NCBI RefSeq assembly: GCF_000621645.1 | Contig: NZ_JHXR01000019.1 | Location: forward strand, 1-32,000 | Source: Vibrio cholerae ATCC 14035 | GTDB lineage: Bacteria > Pseudomonadota > Gammaproteobacteria > Enterobacterales > Vibrionaceae | Reading direction: 5' to 3' | DNA: 32,000 nucleotides | Shown: positions 1 to 10,660 of the stretch, piece by piece | Layout: the number at the start of each line of letters is the position of its first letter | Position numbering within the stretch: position 1 is the stretch's first letter | The notes under the pieces: generated by a model | Databases searched by the model: none | Told to the model about the DNA's origin: nothing | The model's input: only the letters and a program-made list of their open reading frames with translations | Position numbers and translations under genes: made by a program

Positions 1-123
1 GCATTACTCACCCGTCCGCCGCTCGCCACCCAAGGAACAAGTTCCTCTGTGCTGCCGCTCGACTTGCATGTGTTAGGCCTGCCGCCAGCGTTCAATCTGA
101 GCCATGATCAAACTCTTCAATTA
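1..123 (-). rRNA. rrs: 16S ribosomal RNA, 5' end only (gene runs off the left edge of the window)
   Basis: Reverse complement of 1-123 reads AATTGAAGAGTTTGATCATGGCTCAGATTGAACGCTGGCGGCAGGCCTAACACATGCAAGTCGAGCGGCAGCAC...GGTGAGTAATGC. This is the canonical bacterial 16S 5' end, including the 27F primer site. Confidence 0.97.
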
Positions 124-306
124 AAAGTTTTTTGAAGCTTTCGCTTCGGCTCAATGAATACTGATTACATTCTTTGCTTAATTAAAAAGCGAAGTAATGT
201 TGAATTGACTGTGCTGAATGATTGCTCATTCAAATGGTCACTCAGTTCATTGATAAATCTTTTTGATTATCATCAACGAGTGCCCACACAGATTGATTGG
301 TTTATA

Positions 307-319
307 TTGTTAAAGAGCG
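307..319 (-). promoter_or_regulatory. rrn leader boxA antitermination element
   Basis: Minus strand reads CGCTCTTTAACAA, against the E. coli rrn boxA TGCTCTTTAACAA. It lies between the predicted P2 promoter and the 16S start. Confidence 0.75.
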
Positions 320-353
320 TTCTTCTTTGCAGTCTGCTTCAGAATAGGCGGCC

Positions 354-381
354 ATTTTAGCGAGATAAACTGTTGTGTCAA
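354..381 (-). promoter_or_regulatory. rrn promoter P2 (sigma70)
   Basis: Minus strand: TTGACA (376-381), 16-bp spacer, TAAAAT (354-359), followed by the GC-rich discriminator GGCCGCC. Confidence 0.7.
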
Positions 382-481
382 ACACTTTTTTCAGTTTATT
401 TTCGTTGGCGATTTCGCGACCTAAAACACCGAGCTGAATCACTGCTAACGCTTACTGCGTCTGCCGTATCAGTGAGGGCGG

Positions 482-535
482 ATTATAGAGAACCTAGTTA
501 TATTGGCAAGTACTTTTTAGAAGTTTTTTAAAGTT
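482..535 (-). promoter_or_regulatory. rrn promoter P1 (sigma70) with A/T-rich UP element
   Basis: Minus strand: TTGCCA (504-509), 16-bp spacer, TATAAT (482-487), then the GC-rich discriminator CCGCCCTC. Upstream is AAAACTTTAAAAAACTTCTAAAAAGTA (510-535). The architecture parallels E. coli rrnB P1, and P1 sits about 128 bp upstream of P2. Confidence 0.75.
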
Positions 536-627
536 TTCGAGCACTTGGTGATGTTTTAGGCAGAACAGGCTATTTGTTAATGATTAAGCCATCTACTATA
601 CCTACCACTTGCTTATAAAAGGGTGAA

Positions 628-1182
628 ATGATGAGTTCAATTCGTAGCTACAAAGGCATAGTGCCCAAGCTTGGTGAAGGGGTTTATGTAGATAGCAGTG
701 CTGTGCTTGTGGGTGATATAGAACTGGGCGACGATGCCAGTATTTGGCCTTTAGTGGCAGCACGGGGCGATGTTAACCATATTCGGATTGGTAAACGCAC
801 CAATATTCAAGATGGTTCGGTACTGCATGTCACTCACAAAAATGCCGAAAACCCGAATGGGTATCCGTTATGCATTGGGGATGATGTGACCATTGGCCAT
901 AAGGTTATGCTGCACGGCTGCACCATTCATGATCGAGTTCTCGTCGGCATGGGGTCTATCGTGTTAGACGGGGCGGTGATTGAAAATGATGTCATGATCG
1001 GTGCGGGAAGTTTAGTTCCGCCCGGGAAAAGGCTCGAAAGTGGCTTTCTGTACATGGGTAGCCCGGTCAAGCAAGCACGTCCTCTCAGTGATAAGGAGCG
1101 TGCTTTTCTCGTTAAATCGTCCAGTAATTATGTTCAGAGTAAGAATGACTATCTGAATGACGTTAAAACCGTTCGCGAGTGA
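628..1182 (+). CDS. yrdA: gamma-class carbonic anhydrase-like / hexapeptide-repeat protein YrdA
   Basis: 184-aa ORF with left-handed beta-helix hexapeptide repeats (IGDDVTIGHKVMLHGCTI, VGMGSIVLDGAVIENDVMIGAGSLV). Collinear with E. coli YrdA (184 aa). SD-like AAGGGTG lies upstream. Confidence 0.9.
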   Translation: MMSSIRSYKGIVPKLGEGVYVDSSAVLVGDIELGDDASIWPLVAARGDVNHIRIGKRTNIQDGSVLHVTHKNAENPNGYPLCIGDDVTIGHKVMLHGCTIHDRVLVGMGSIVLDGAVIENDVMIGAGSLVPPGKRLESGFLYMGSPVKQARPLSDKERAFLVKSSSNYVQSKNDYLNDVKTVRE

Positions 1183-1438
1183 TCTCAATTTGGCCTAGAG
1201 AGTTAAACATTTCGTTTTCAATCGCCTGTTCGGCGAGTTCCTCTAGGTCAAAACGCCACTCACTGAAGGCCGTCATCACGTGTTGCGATTCTGCTAAAGC
1301 TTCACCTGAGAGCTCTTGTAGAACTTGTCGCGCCACAAGACATTCGATTAATGCTCCGTTTTGCTGAGCAAAAAATACAACAGCTTGTTTTGCCTCATCC
1401 CAATGCTGTAAATCGGGAAACAAGATGGATTGGTTCAT
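1163..1438 (-). CDS. yrdB: DUF1488-family protein (YrdB-like)
   Basis: 91-aa ORF directly downstream of aroE, as in E. coli. Its ATG overlaps the aroE stop (ATGA at 1435-1438), which suggests translational coupling. Confidence 0.75.
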   Translation of the reverse strand: MNQSILFPDLQHWDEAKQAVVFFAQQNGALIECLVARQVLQELSGEALAESQHVMTAFSEWRFDLEELAEQAIENEMFNSLGQIEITRERF

Positions 1439-2271
1439 AGCGCACCTTCTAGATTTTTACGCAGTTCACGCAAAATTTGTTTCGTGCCCGGACGTAAACC
1501 ACGCCATAGCATAAAACTTTCAGCCGCTTGTCCCACTAACATGCCTAAGCCATCGATCGCTTGCGCGCAGCCATGTTGTCGCGCCCATTGATTAAACACG
1601 GTATAGCCTTTGCCATACATCATGTCATAGCAGACGGAGCGAGATGAAAAGATCACCGGATCAATCGCAGGCAATTCGCCATCGAGACTGGCAGAGGTCG
1701 AGTTGATGATCACATCATAACTTTGTTTAAGCTGTTCGAACGCTTGCGCCTTTACCTCACCATAAGCGGCCACAAGCTCAGCCAACTGCTCCGCTTTCGC
1801 AAAGGTACGATTCGTGACGGTAATAGAGGCCGGCTGCTGATCTAATAACGGCTTGAGCACGCCACGCGCCGCACCACCAGCACCAATCAACAAAATCGTC
1901 GCGCCTTTCAGTAGCACTTGCTGCGCGAGTAGATCTTGCACTAAGCCTTCACCATCGGTGTTGTCTCCGAGTATTTCGCCATCATCCAGCTTTTTTAACG
2001 TGTTTACCGCACCGGCTAAACGCGCGCGCTCCGTTAAGCGATCGGCAAAGCGGTACGCCTCCTCTTTAAATGGCACGGTAACATTACAACCTCGTCCACC
2101 TTGCGCAAAAAAATGTTTCGCCGCCTCAGTAAACCCATCCACTGGCACGCACTGTGCGGTATAGATCATGGACTGCTGAGTTTGTCGTGCAAACAGCGTA
2201 TGAATAAAAGGGGATTTACTGTGATTAATGGGGTTACCAAAAACGGCATACTGATCGATTTGAGAAGCCAT
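1435..2271 (-). CDS. aroE: shikimate 5-dehydrogenase
   Basis: 278-aa ORF with N-terminal [12 protein letters not shown], an NTD motif (GDNTDGEG) and the Rossmann motif GAGGAARG. Confidence 0.95.
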   Translation of the reverse strand: MASQIDQYAVFGNPINHSKSPFIHTLFARQTQQSMIYTAQCVPVDGFTEAAKHFFAQGGRGCNVTVPFKEEAYRFADRLTERARLAGAVNTLKKLDDGEILGDNTDGEGLVQDLLAQQVLLKGATILLIGAGGAARGVLKPLLDQQPASITVTNRTFAKAEQLAELVAAYGEVKAQAFEQLKQSYDVIINSTSASLDGELPAIDPVIFSSRSVCYDMMYGKGYTVFNQWARQHGCAQAIDGLGMLVGQAAESFMLWRGLRPGTKQILRELRKNLEGAL

Positions 2272-2332
2272 ATCCTTGCCTAAACAATCAAAAGGGTCAC
2301 TTGCGCGACCCTATCACTCAGAACCTTGCCTG

Positions 2333-3268
<936 letters not shown>

Positions 3269-3835
3269 TTATCCCTGTCTTAACACTTGTAAGCTGCGAG
3301 CATCACGAATTTCGCTCGGTCCATGACGGCCACTGGTCTTCCCTTCTACTACCACAGCAATCTGATTGCCTAGCTGAACCATGACTTCTTGTTGAGTTAC
3401 GCACGCGGGCTGGCCACTTAGATTAGCACTGGTTGACGTCAGTGGCTTCCCAAAGGCGAGACATAACTTCTGAACGACCGGATGATCCGAAACACGCACG
3501 GCAACGGTATCAAACTGACCACGAACCCAGCTTGGCGTATCACCGCTGGCTGGCATGACCCAAGTCAGTGGCGCGGGCCATGAAGCCAGCACTTGTGTCA
3601 GTTGCTCTGCGGTTAATTGCGTTTCATCGACATAAGGGCGCAACTGCGCATAGCTAGCGGCAATTAAGATCACCCCTTTTTCCACGGGGCGCTGCTTGAT
3701 CGCCAATAAGCGCAGCATAGCGGTTTGGTTATCCGGATCACACCCCAAACCAAACACCCCTTCGGTTGGATAGGCAATAACGCAACCTTTGCGCAGCGCA
3801 TCCACCGCCTGTTGTAGATTCTCCACCAGAGCCAC
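3269..3835 (-). CDS. tsaC: L-threonylcarbamoyladenylate synthase (t6A biosynthesis), YrdC/TsaC type
   Basis: 188-aa ORF. Contains VIAYPTEGVFGLGCDPDN and SANLSGQP, motifs typical of the YrdC/Sua5 domain. Confidence 0.92.
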   Translation of the reverse strand: MALVENLQQAVDALRKGCVIAYPTEGVFGLGCDPDNQTAMLRLLAIKQRPVEKGVILIAASYAQLRPYVDETQLTAEQLTQVLASWPAPLTWVMPASGDTPSWVRGQFDTVAVRVSDHPVVQKLCLAFGKPLTSTSANLSGQPACVTQQEVMVQLGNQIAVVVEGKTSGRHGPSEIRDARSLQVLRQG

Positions 3836-3904
3836 TCCTCTTTCATTTGTGCTCAGTGTACAAATCGTGGAGCAATTGACCAGTTCTTCTCATCAACCAG
3901 AAAA

Positions 3905-3920
3905 AGCAAACGTTTGCTTG
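3905..3920. promoter_or_regulatory. PurR operator (PUR box)
   Basis: Perfect 16-bp palindrome AAGCAAACGTTTGCTT matching the PurR consensus core (gCAAACGTTTgC). It overlaps the predicted purE -35 element. Confidence 0.8.
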
Positions 3921-3942
3921 AGAAAAAAATCCCCGTATAATG
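3915..3942 (+). promoter_or_regulatory. purEK promoter (sigma70)
   Basis: TTGCTT (3915-3920), 16-bp spacer, TATAAT (3937-3942), about 50 nt upstream of the purE ATG. Confidence 0.55.
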
Positions 3943-3992
3943 CGCCGCAAGCGGGCTTGCTTGTCCGATAAATAACACTGAAGGAGTTTGAG

Positions 3993-4478
3993 ATGACAGT
4001 CGGTATTATCATGGGTTCCAAGTCAGACTGGCCAACCATGAAACACGCAGCAGAGATGCTTGACCAGTTTGGTGTGGCTTACGAGACTAAAGTGGTTTCT
4101 GCGCACCGAACTCCTCATCTTTTGGCCGACTATGCCTCTAGCGCCAAAGAACGCGGTTTACAAGTGATCATCGCTGGAGCGGGCGGCGCTGCGCATCTTC
4201 CCGGAATGACCGCCGCATTCACTAGCTTGCCAGTGTTAGGCGTGCCCGTTCAATCTCGCGCTCTGTCTGGGCTCGACTCGTTATACTCCATTGTGCAGAT
4301 GCCAAAAGGCATTGCGGTGGGTACGCTCGCCATTGGTGAAGCTGGTGCCGCTAATGCAGGATTACTTGCCGCACAAATCATCGGCATTCATAACCCAGAA
4401 GTGATGAGTAAAGTGGAAGCTTTCCGCGCTAAGCAGACTCAATCTGTGTTGGATAACCCAAATCCGGCTGAGGAGTAA
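3993..4478 (+). CDS. purE: N5-carboxyaminoimidazole ribonucleotide mutase
   Basis: 161-aa ORF with class I PurE motifs ([24 protein letters not shown]). Strong SD GAAGGAG upstream. Confidence 0.96.
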   Translation: MTVGIIMGSKSDWPTMKHAAEMLDQFGVAYETKVVSAHRTPHLLADYASSAKERGLQVIIAGAGGAAHLPGMTAAFTSLPVLGVPVQSRALSGLDSLYSIVQMPKGIAVGTLAIGEAGAANAGLLAAQIIGIHNPEVMSKVEAFRAKQTQSVLDNPNPAEE

Positions 4479-4481
4479 CAG

Positions 4482-5615
4482 ATGCGTGTGTTGGTTCTCG
4501 GCGCTGGTCAGCTGGCGCGCATGATGTCGCTCGCCGGAGCACCGCTCAATATTGAAACGATCGCTTTTGATGTGGGTAGCGAAAACATTGTGCACCCCTT
4601 AACGCAAACTGTGCTTGGGCATGGATTGGAGCAAGCGATTGAACAAGTCGATGTGATCACCGCTGAGTTTGAACACATTCCGCATCCGATCCTCGATCTC
4701 TGTGCACGCAGTGGCAAACTTTACCCAAGCGCTGAAGCTATCAAAGCTGGCGGCGATCGTCGTTTAGAAAAAGCCTTGCTGGATCGCGCCCAAGTGGCGA
4801 ATGCACGTTATACGATGATCCGCAGCCGAGACGACCTAACCTCAGCCATCGCCGAGATTGGATTGCCTATGGTGCTGAAAAGTGCACTCGGAGGCTACGA
4901 TGGAAAAGGCCAATGGCGCTTGAAAGAACCAACGCAGATCGAATCGGTTTGGCAAGAACTTGCGCAATATCTGGCAGCCAACCCCGAACAAGCAATTGTG
5001 GCAGAAGAATTTGTCGCTTTTGATCGCGAAGTGTCACTGGTCGGTGCACGTAACCTAGTCGGCGATGTTGTGGTGTATCCTTTAGCGGAGAACGTTCATA
5101 CCCAAGGTGTGTTGAGCCTTTCTACCGCCATTGATGCTCCTGCGCTACAAACTCAAGCGAAAGCCATGTTTAAAGCGGTAGCCGAGCAGCTCAATTATGT
5201 CGGTGTATTAGCGCTGGAGTTTTTTGAAGTACAAGGCCAGTTACTGGTCAATGAAATTGCACCACGAGTTCATAACTCCGGTCACTGGACTCAGCAAGGT
5301 GCGGAAACCTGTCAGTTCGAAAACCACTTACGCGCAGTGTGTGGCTTACCGCTGGGTAGCACCAAACTGGTTCGTGAGACCGCGATGATTAATATTCTTG
5401 GTGAAGATCAGCTGCCCGCAGAAGTATTGGCACTGGAAGGCTGCCACGTACATTGGTACGGCAAGGCCAAGCGCTCAGGACGCAAGATGGGGCATATCAA
5501 TGTGACCGCCGATTACAGTGGTGAGTTGCAACGCAAATTATGCCAATTAGCGACTGTGTTAGATGAAAAGGCTTTTCCTGCCGTACACGCCGTAGCAAAG
5601 GAAATTCAGCCTTAA
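4482..5615 (+). CDS. purK: N5-carboxyaminoimidazole ribonucleotide synthase
   Basis: 377-aa ATP-grasp ORF ([31 protein letters not shown]). Begins 3 nt after the purE stop. Confidence 0.95.
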   Translation: MRVLVLGAGQLARMMSLAGAPLNIETIAFDVGSENIVHPLTQTVLGHGLEQAIEQVDVITAEFEHIPHPILDLCARSGKLYPSAEAIKAGGDRRLEKALLDRAQVANARYTMIRSRDDLTSAIAEIGLPMVLKSALGGYDGKGQWRLKEPTQIESVWQELAQYLAANPEQAIVAEEFVAFDREVSLVGARNLVGDVVVYPLAENVHTQGVLSLSTAIDAPALQTQAKAMFKAVAEQLNYVGVLALEFFEVQGQLLVNEIAPRVHNSGHWTQQGAETCQFENHLRAVCGLPLGSTKLVRETAMINILGEDQLPAEVLALEGCHVHWYGKAKRSGRKMGHINVTADYSGELQRKLCQLATVLDEKAFPAVHAVAKEIQP

Positions 5616-5635
5616 TCCATACCCCACTAATGCAA

Positions 5636-5660
5636 TAAAGCCGCGTCTAACGCGGCTTTA
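5636..5660. terminator. bidirectional intrinsic terminator between convergent purK and yrdD
   Basis: 10-bp stem TAAAGCCGCG / CGCGGCTTTA with loop TCTAA. A-rich and T-rich flanks are present on both sides. Confidence 0.7.
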
Positions 5661-5687
5661 ACTTTGTATGCGATGAGCATGATGAAG

Positions 5688-6260
5688 CTAGCATTCCTGA
5701 ATATGCCCACATTGACGATTAGCGCATTGATAGCGCATGCCTGCTGCACTTTTCTTTTCCACCATCACCGTAAAGCCACACTGAGCACAAGCCTGAGCAA
5801 TCGGTTTACTATTTAAAGCAAACTTACACTTAGGATACGCATCACACGCATAAAACAGTTTACCGAAGCGAGATTTGCGTTCGATAAGGTGGCCTTTGCC
5901 GCATTCCGGGCAAAGGATATCTGGCGATGTTTCCTCTTGCGAAGGGGAATCCATCGACTCGATATGGTGGCACTGCGGGTAGTGGCTACAGCCAATAAAC
6001 ATCCCGTAACGACCTTGGCGCAGCACCAGTTCATGTCCACATTCAGGGCAAGGCACACCGAGTTCTTTGATGATATGCCCATCATTTTGATGCAGAGGTT
6101 TGATGTAGTCACACTCTGGGTATGCAGTGCAACCTAAAAAAGGACCATGTTTGCCGTGGCGCAGTTGTAATGCTGCGCCACATTGCGGACAAGGGGAAGA
6201 TTGCAGCGCATGCTCATGAGCGGCAAACAGTTGCGGGTCAATTTTACGACTCATAGACAC
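5688..6260 (-). CDS. yrdD: topoisomerase-type C4 zinc-finger DNA-binding protein YrdD
   Basis: 190-aa ORF with four repeated CPxCG...GCxxYPxC zinc-ribbon modules. Collinear with E. coli YrdD. Confidence 0.88.
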   Translation of the reverse strand: MSMSRKIDPQLFAAHEHALQSSPCPQCGAALQLRHGKHGPFLGCTAYPECDYIKPLHQNDGHIIKELGVPCPECGHELVLRQGRYGMFIGCSHYPQCHHIESMDSPSQEETSPDILCPECGKGHLIERKSRFGKLFYACDAYPKCKFALNSKPIAQACAQCGFTVMVEKKSAAGMRYQCANRQCGHIQEC

Positions 6261-6269
6261 ATCACACGC

Positions 6270-6746
6270 TTAATGCAAAATGCCTTGTTCTTTGCTGTAC
6301 AGCAGCTCTTCCATCACTGTGTAAGCATTTTCATTACCCGGGACATTGAACAGCACCATCAGGATGATCCATTTCAGGTCATCAAGCTCAAACTCATCGG
6401 TTTCTAATCCCATGACACGGTCGATCACCATTTCACGAGTTTCTGGGGTCAGCACATTGATGTGTTCAAGAAACAGCAGGAAACCACGCGATTCGAGATC
6501 CAGTCGTTCAATCTCTTCCGGCGCGTAAATACGCATTGAAGTGGGTGCACTTTTCGCAATTGCAGTTTGTGCATCGGTTTGTTGCAAAGCCGCCAGCTCT
6601 TCCAACCAGTGGAGGGCCTTGTAGATGTCTTTTTGGTGAAACCCAGCACGCAGCAGTTCATCTTCCAGCTGGTCCTGATCCACTTGCAAATCTGCATCGC
6701 TATGGACGTAGGTTTCGAACAGATACATCAAAATATCCATCATCAT
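6270..6746 (-). CDS. smg: Smg protein (DUF494)
   Basis: 158-aa ORF with strong similarity to E. coli Smg ([27 protein letters not shown]). Three consecutive ATGs at the 5' end leave the exact start ambiguous by up to 6 nt. Confidence 0.9.
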
Positions 6747-6748
6747 AG

Positions 6749-7864
6749 CTAGCCTCTCCCCTTTCTAATATAGCCACCAGGTACTGCAACCACATGCCCA
6801 AGGAGCTCAAGCTCCAAGAGCTGCATCATGATATCTTGCACCGGTATCTGGGTCCGGCTTGCGAGAATATCAATAGGTGTAGCTTCTATTCCTACGTTAG
6901 CTAACAGCTCGGGAAATGGCAATTCTTCATCGCTCTGTACAGCAGAAAAAAGTGTTGCTTGATAAGGAACTTGTTCAGAGAGTGACCAAGTCAGCGCATT
7001 TTTGAGCTCTTGATGAATTTGTTGCACACTTTGCACCAAACAAGCGCCTTGGCGAATCAATTGGTTGCTACCTTGGCTGGCGGCATTAAAAATTGATCCG
7101 GGAACCACAAAGACCTCACGCCCTTGCTCAGCCGCGTAGCGTGCAGTGATGAGTGAGCCGCTTTTCTCCGCAGCTTCTACCACCACAACACCGAGCGATA
7201 AGCCGCTGATAATTCGGTTACGGCGCGGAAAGTGATCGGCTTTAGGCGGTGTGTGAGGGGCAAACTCAGAAACCAAGGCCCCTTGGGCGATGATTCGCTC
7301 CGCTAACCCTTGATGCTGTTTGGGGTAAACCTGCGCCAGCCCTGAACCTAATACTGCTACGGTTTGCCCTTGTGCTTGCAAAGCGCCATCGTGCGCATAG
7401 CCATCAATACCAAGCGCTAAACCACTGGTGACCACTAAACCTGACTGCGCGAGCTCAGTGGCAAACTGGCGAGCGATCTGCCGCCCATCAACACTGGCAT
7501 TGCGGCTACCGACGATAGCCACCGCAGGGTCATGCACCGCTTCCCATATTCCTTCAATAAACAGGACGGGAGGCGATGAGTTAATCTCTTTCAATAAACG
7601 AGGGTAAAGCGGGCAATGAGGAGTGACGATATAGCGGTTATTGGCTGCTGATCGCCATTGCAAACACTGCTCGGCTTGTTTAGCCGCTTGAGTGGTTAAA
7701 AACACCAGTTGTTCGGGCTTAAGCCCGCAGGCCAACCATTGCTTAGGCGTAAAACTTTGCAACTGGGCTGGCAAACGGGTCGCAAGCAGGTGAGAAATGG
7801 TTTTGCTGCCTAGTTTAGGAGTAAAACAGAGCGCCAACCATGCCGCTAAATCCTGATCTTTCAT
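6749..7864 (-). CDS. dprA: DNA-processing protein A (DNA protecting protein, natural transformation)
   Basis: 371-aa ORF with the DprA/Smf Rossmann-like core ([46 protein letters not shown]). Its ATG overlaps the upstream gene's stop (TAATG). Confidence 0.94.
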
Positions 7865-8991
7865 TAACTGGCATCATCAACCAAATCGATTTGTTCAGAC
7901 AATTGCACTACATCTGGCTGCTCGGTTTGAGGCTCTGCCTGCGGAGACAGTGCGTGCACTTCAGCACTGATCGGTGCCGAACTGTTAGTAATCAGTGCCA
8001 AGCTAAAACGCTCATAAGGGCGAATCACCATCAAAGCGCCCACTTTTACACTTGGTAACTGTACGTCCGTGTTCGAACGCTCAGACAGGAAAGTAGACGA
8101 ATCTTGCTTAGCTTTGACTTGGACTGCGGCTTGATACAGTTCAAACATACTGCCTTGCGCGACGCCATCACTGCGGCCTTGGTCAATCACCACCACTTGA
8201 TTCTGTCCGGCGTATTGACTCCCTTCAAGCGAACCCAGAATGCGAGCTTCACTCCCTGCAGGCGCTGGCTGCGGATAGAAGGTTGTCGACAGTTGGCGCT
8301 CCTCAAGATCGACTTCTGGCAAAGCAATATCATTGGCTAAAATCTCTTGATTTTGCTCTAGCAAGCTTAGTCCACTAAAGTTGCCCCCAGTCATCGCCAA
8401 TTCACCCACCGCCACTAAACGCAGCGCCACCATGACTTCATCATCACGTTGATACTGTGCTACCTCGCGATAAATCCCCCACTTTTTCTCGCTGTGTACA
8501 CCGGAGATGTAAAGCTGATCTTGCTTGGTGAGATATTGACGCCCCTCACTGGAGCCAATCACACGCACGCTACCTTGCAAGGCGGTTTTCGCCATCAAAC
8601 GGTCAGATTGTAAATAAGGCAGCACCAAGCCTTCTTGCACAGTCGGAACAGCTTGTTTCTCCAACACACGCACTTGCGGGCTCAGTTTGCGCATCGGTTT
8701 TAGACTGAGTACGGGTTGCCCATCACGCCAAAACAGCGTCAATTTATCACCGGGGTAGATCAAATGTGGGTTATCAATTTCTGGGTTCACTTGCCAAAGT
8801 CTTGGCCACAGCCATGGACTGTCGAGATACAAAGCGGAAATATCCCACAAGGTGTCACCTTTCACCACGGTATAGGTGGTCGGTGCATTTGGTTTGAGTG
8901 CCAGCGGCGTTTGCTCATCGGCGGTCACCTGTCCACTGAGCAGAGTGAAAGGCAATAAAGCGTAGGTAATATAACGGGTTAATCGTGCCAT
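7864..8991 (-). CDS. LysM domain-containing exported protein
   Basis: The ORF track gives 7864-9039. I prefer the internal ATG at 8991 (MARLTRYITYALLPFTLLSGQVTA, signal-peptide-like), which is preceded by AGGAAG. LysM motif YTVVKGDTLWDISALYL...YPGDKLTL. Confidence 0.85.
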   Translation of the reverse strand: MARLTRYITYALLPFTLLSGQVTADEQTPLALKPNAPTTYTVVKGDTLWDISALYLDSPWLWPRLWQVNPEIDNPHLIYPGDKLTLFWRDGQPVLSLKPMRKLSPQVRVLEKQAVPTVQEGLVLPYLQSDRLMAKTALQGSVRVIGSSEGRQYLTKQDQLYISGVHSEKKWGIYREVAQYQRDDEVMVALRLVAVGELAMTGGNFSGLSLLEQNQEILANDIALPEVDLEERQLSTTFYPQPAPAGSEARILGSLEGSQYAGQNQVVVIDQGRSDGVAQGSMFELYQAAVQVKAKQDSSTFLSERSNTDVQLPSVKVGALMVIRPYERFSLALITNSSAPISAEVHALSPQAEPQTEQPDVVQLSEQIDLVDDAS

Positions 8992-9130
8992 GACCTTGCT
9001 TCCTTGGTCGAAAAAATGACTGGGTTTCGGAGAAATCACGTCCGGATGCTGTCATTTGGGTCATAAAATGTCTAGAATTGAGCCAACACGCATTAAGCTG
9101 TTTCGGCACAGTTCAACATTTCGAGTGTAT

Positions 9131-9640
9131 ATGTCTGTATTGCAAGTATTAACATTCCCAGATGATCGACTGCGTACCGTTGCGAAACCGGTCGAACAAG
9201 TCACCCCAGAAATCCAACAAATCGTCGATGATATGTTGGAAACCATGTATGCCGAAGAAGGCATCGGTTTAGCGGCGACCCAAGTCGATATTCACCAACG
9301 TATCGTGGTGATCGATATTTCTGAAACTCGCGATCAGCCTATGGTGTTGATTAACCCAGAGATCATCGAAAAGCGCGGTGAAGATGGCATTGAAGAAGGC
9401 TGTTTGTCCGTCCCGGGTGCGCGGGCTTTAGTGCCTCGCGCCGCAGAAGTGACCGTAAAAGCGCTGGATCGCAATGGTCAAGAGTACCAGTTTGATGCAG
9501 ATGACCTACTGGCTATCTGTGTACAGCACGAACTCGATCACCTCGCGGGCAAACTGTTTGTTGACTATCTGTCACCACTCAAACGCAACCGCATCAAAGA
9601 GAAGCTAGAGAAAATCAAACGCTTCAATGAGAAAAAATAA
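9131..9640 (+). CDS. def: peptide deformylase
   Basis: The ORF track starts at 9056, but the homologue N-terminus [15 protein letters not shown] begins at 9131 (169 aa). Motifs [17 protein letters not shown] and HELDH are present. Confidence 0.95.
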   Translation: MSVLQVLTFPDDRLRTVAKPVEQVTPEIQQIVDDMLETMYAEEGIGLAATQVDIHQRIVVIDISETRDQPMVLINPEIIEKRGEDGIEEGCLSVPGARALVPRAAEVTVKALDRNGQEYQFDADDLLAICVQHELDHLAGKLFVDYLSPLKRNRIKEKLEKIKRFNEKK

Positions 9641-9657
9641 ATTACTGTGAGGTAACC

Positions 9658-10605
9658 TTGAGCCAATCACTACGTATTGTCTTTGCAGGTACTCCGGATT
9701 TCGCCGCCCGTCACTTGGCGGCGTTATTGTCTTCGGAGCATGAGATTATTGCGGTCTACACCCAACCGGAGCGCCCAGCGGGGCGCGGCAAAAAACTCAC
9801 CGCCAGCCCAGTCAAAACCCTTGCACTTGAGCACAACGTTCCGGTTTATCAGCCAGAGAACTTTAAATCAGACGAGTCTAAACAACAGCTTGCCGCACTC
9901 AACGCCGATTTAATGGTGGTCGTGGCTTACGGCTTGCTACTGCCTAAAGTAGTTTTGGATACACCTAAACTTGGCTGTATTAATGTGCACGGTTCGATTC
10001 TGCCGCGTTGGCGGGGTGCTGCGCCGATCCAGCGTTCCATTTGGGCGGGTGATAGCGAAACTGGCGTCACCATCATGCAGATGGATGTCGGCCTTGATAC
10101 GGGCGATATGCTGAAAATCGCGACGCTGCCGATTGAAGCGAGCGACACCAGTGCCTCGATGTACGACAAACTGGCAGAACTTGGTCCACAAGCGCTGCTC
10201 GAGTGCTTACAAGATATCGCTCAAGGCACAGCGGTTGCGGTCAAACAAGATGATGGATTGGCGAACTACGCGCATAAACTCAGCAAAGAAGAAGCGCGTA
10301 TTAACTGGAGTGATGCAGCGACACATATTGAGCGCTGTATTCGTGCCTTTAATCCTTGGCCGATGAGCCATTTTGAAGTAGCAGAAAACAGCATTAAGGT
10401 TTGGCAAGCGCGTGTTGAAACACGAGCAGTAACTCAAACTCCGGGTACCATTATCCAAGCAGATAAGAGCGGGATTTACGTGGCAACCGGGCAAGATGTA
10501 CTAGTGCTCGAAAGCCTGCAAATTCCGGGCAAGAAAGCCTTGCCAGTACAAGATATTCTCAATGCGCGTGCCGACTGGTTTAGTGTCGGTTCCCAACTCA
10601 GTTAA
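9658..10605 (+). CDS. fmt: methionyl-tRNA formyltransferase
   Basis: 315-aa ORF collinear with E. coli Fmt (315 aa). It appears to use a TTG start at 9658, preceded by GTGAGG. Motifs: [26 protein letters not shown]-type. Confidence 0.95.
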   Translation: MSQSLRIVFAGTPDFAARHLAALLSSEHEIIAVYTQPERPAGRGKKLTASPVKTLALEHNVPVYQPENFKSDESKQQLAALNADLMVVVAYGLLLPKVVLDTPKLGCINVHGSILPRWRGAAPIQRSIWAGDSETGVTIMQMDVGLDTGDMLKIATLPIEASDTSASMYDKLAELGPQALLECLQDIAQGTAVAVKQDDGLANYAHKLSKEEARINWSDAATHIERCIRAFNPWPMSHFEVAENSIKVWQARVETRAVTQTPGTIIQADKSGIYVATGQDVLVLESLQIPGKKALPVQDILNARADWFSVGSQLS

Positions 10606-10610
10606 TCCTG

Positions 10611-10645
10611 AACCCTAGCCTATGGATGGCTAGGGTTTGGCTTTT
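10611..10645 (+). terminator. intrinsic terminator-like hairpin between fmt and rsmB (possible partial terminator or attenuator)
   Basis: 10-bp stem AACCCTAGCC / GGCTAGGGTT with loop TATGGAT, followed by TGGCTTTTTGTTT. Confidence 0.55.
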
Positions 10646-10660
10646 TGTTTAGGTTTTATT

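Noticed and set aside
154-360. 68-aa plus-strand ORF
   Set aside because: It lies antisense within the rrn leader and P2 promoter region, which is explained by boxA and the promoter elements. There is no SD.
9056-9130. N-terminal extensions offered by the ORF track for def. The same applies to rsmB (10637), trkA (11973), the trkH-linked ORF (14749), spoOM (17011), yihD (17509), ccoG-like (18141), srkA (19640), dsbA (20681), ilvE (26336) and the LysM gene (9039).
   Set aside because: In each case an internal ATG reproduces the homologue N-terminus or a signal peptide and has a better-placed SD. The extensions overlap upstream genes, promoters or terminators.
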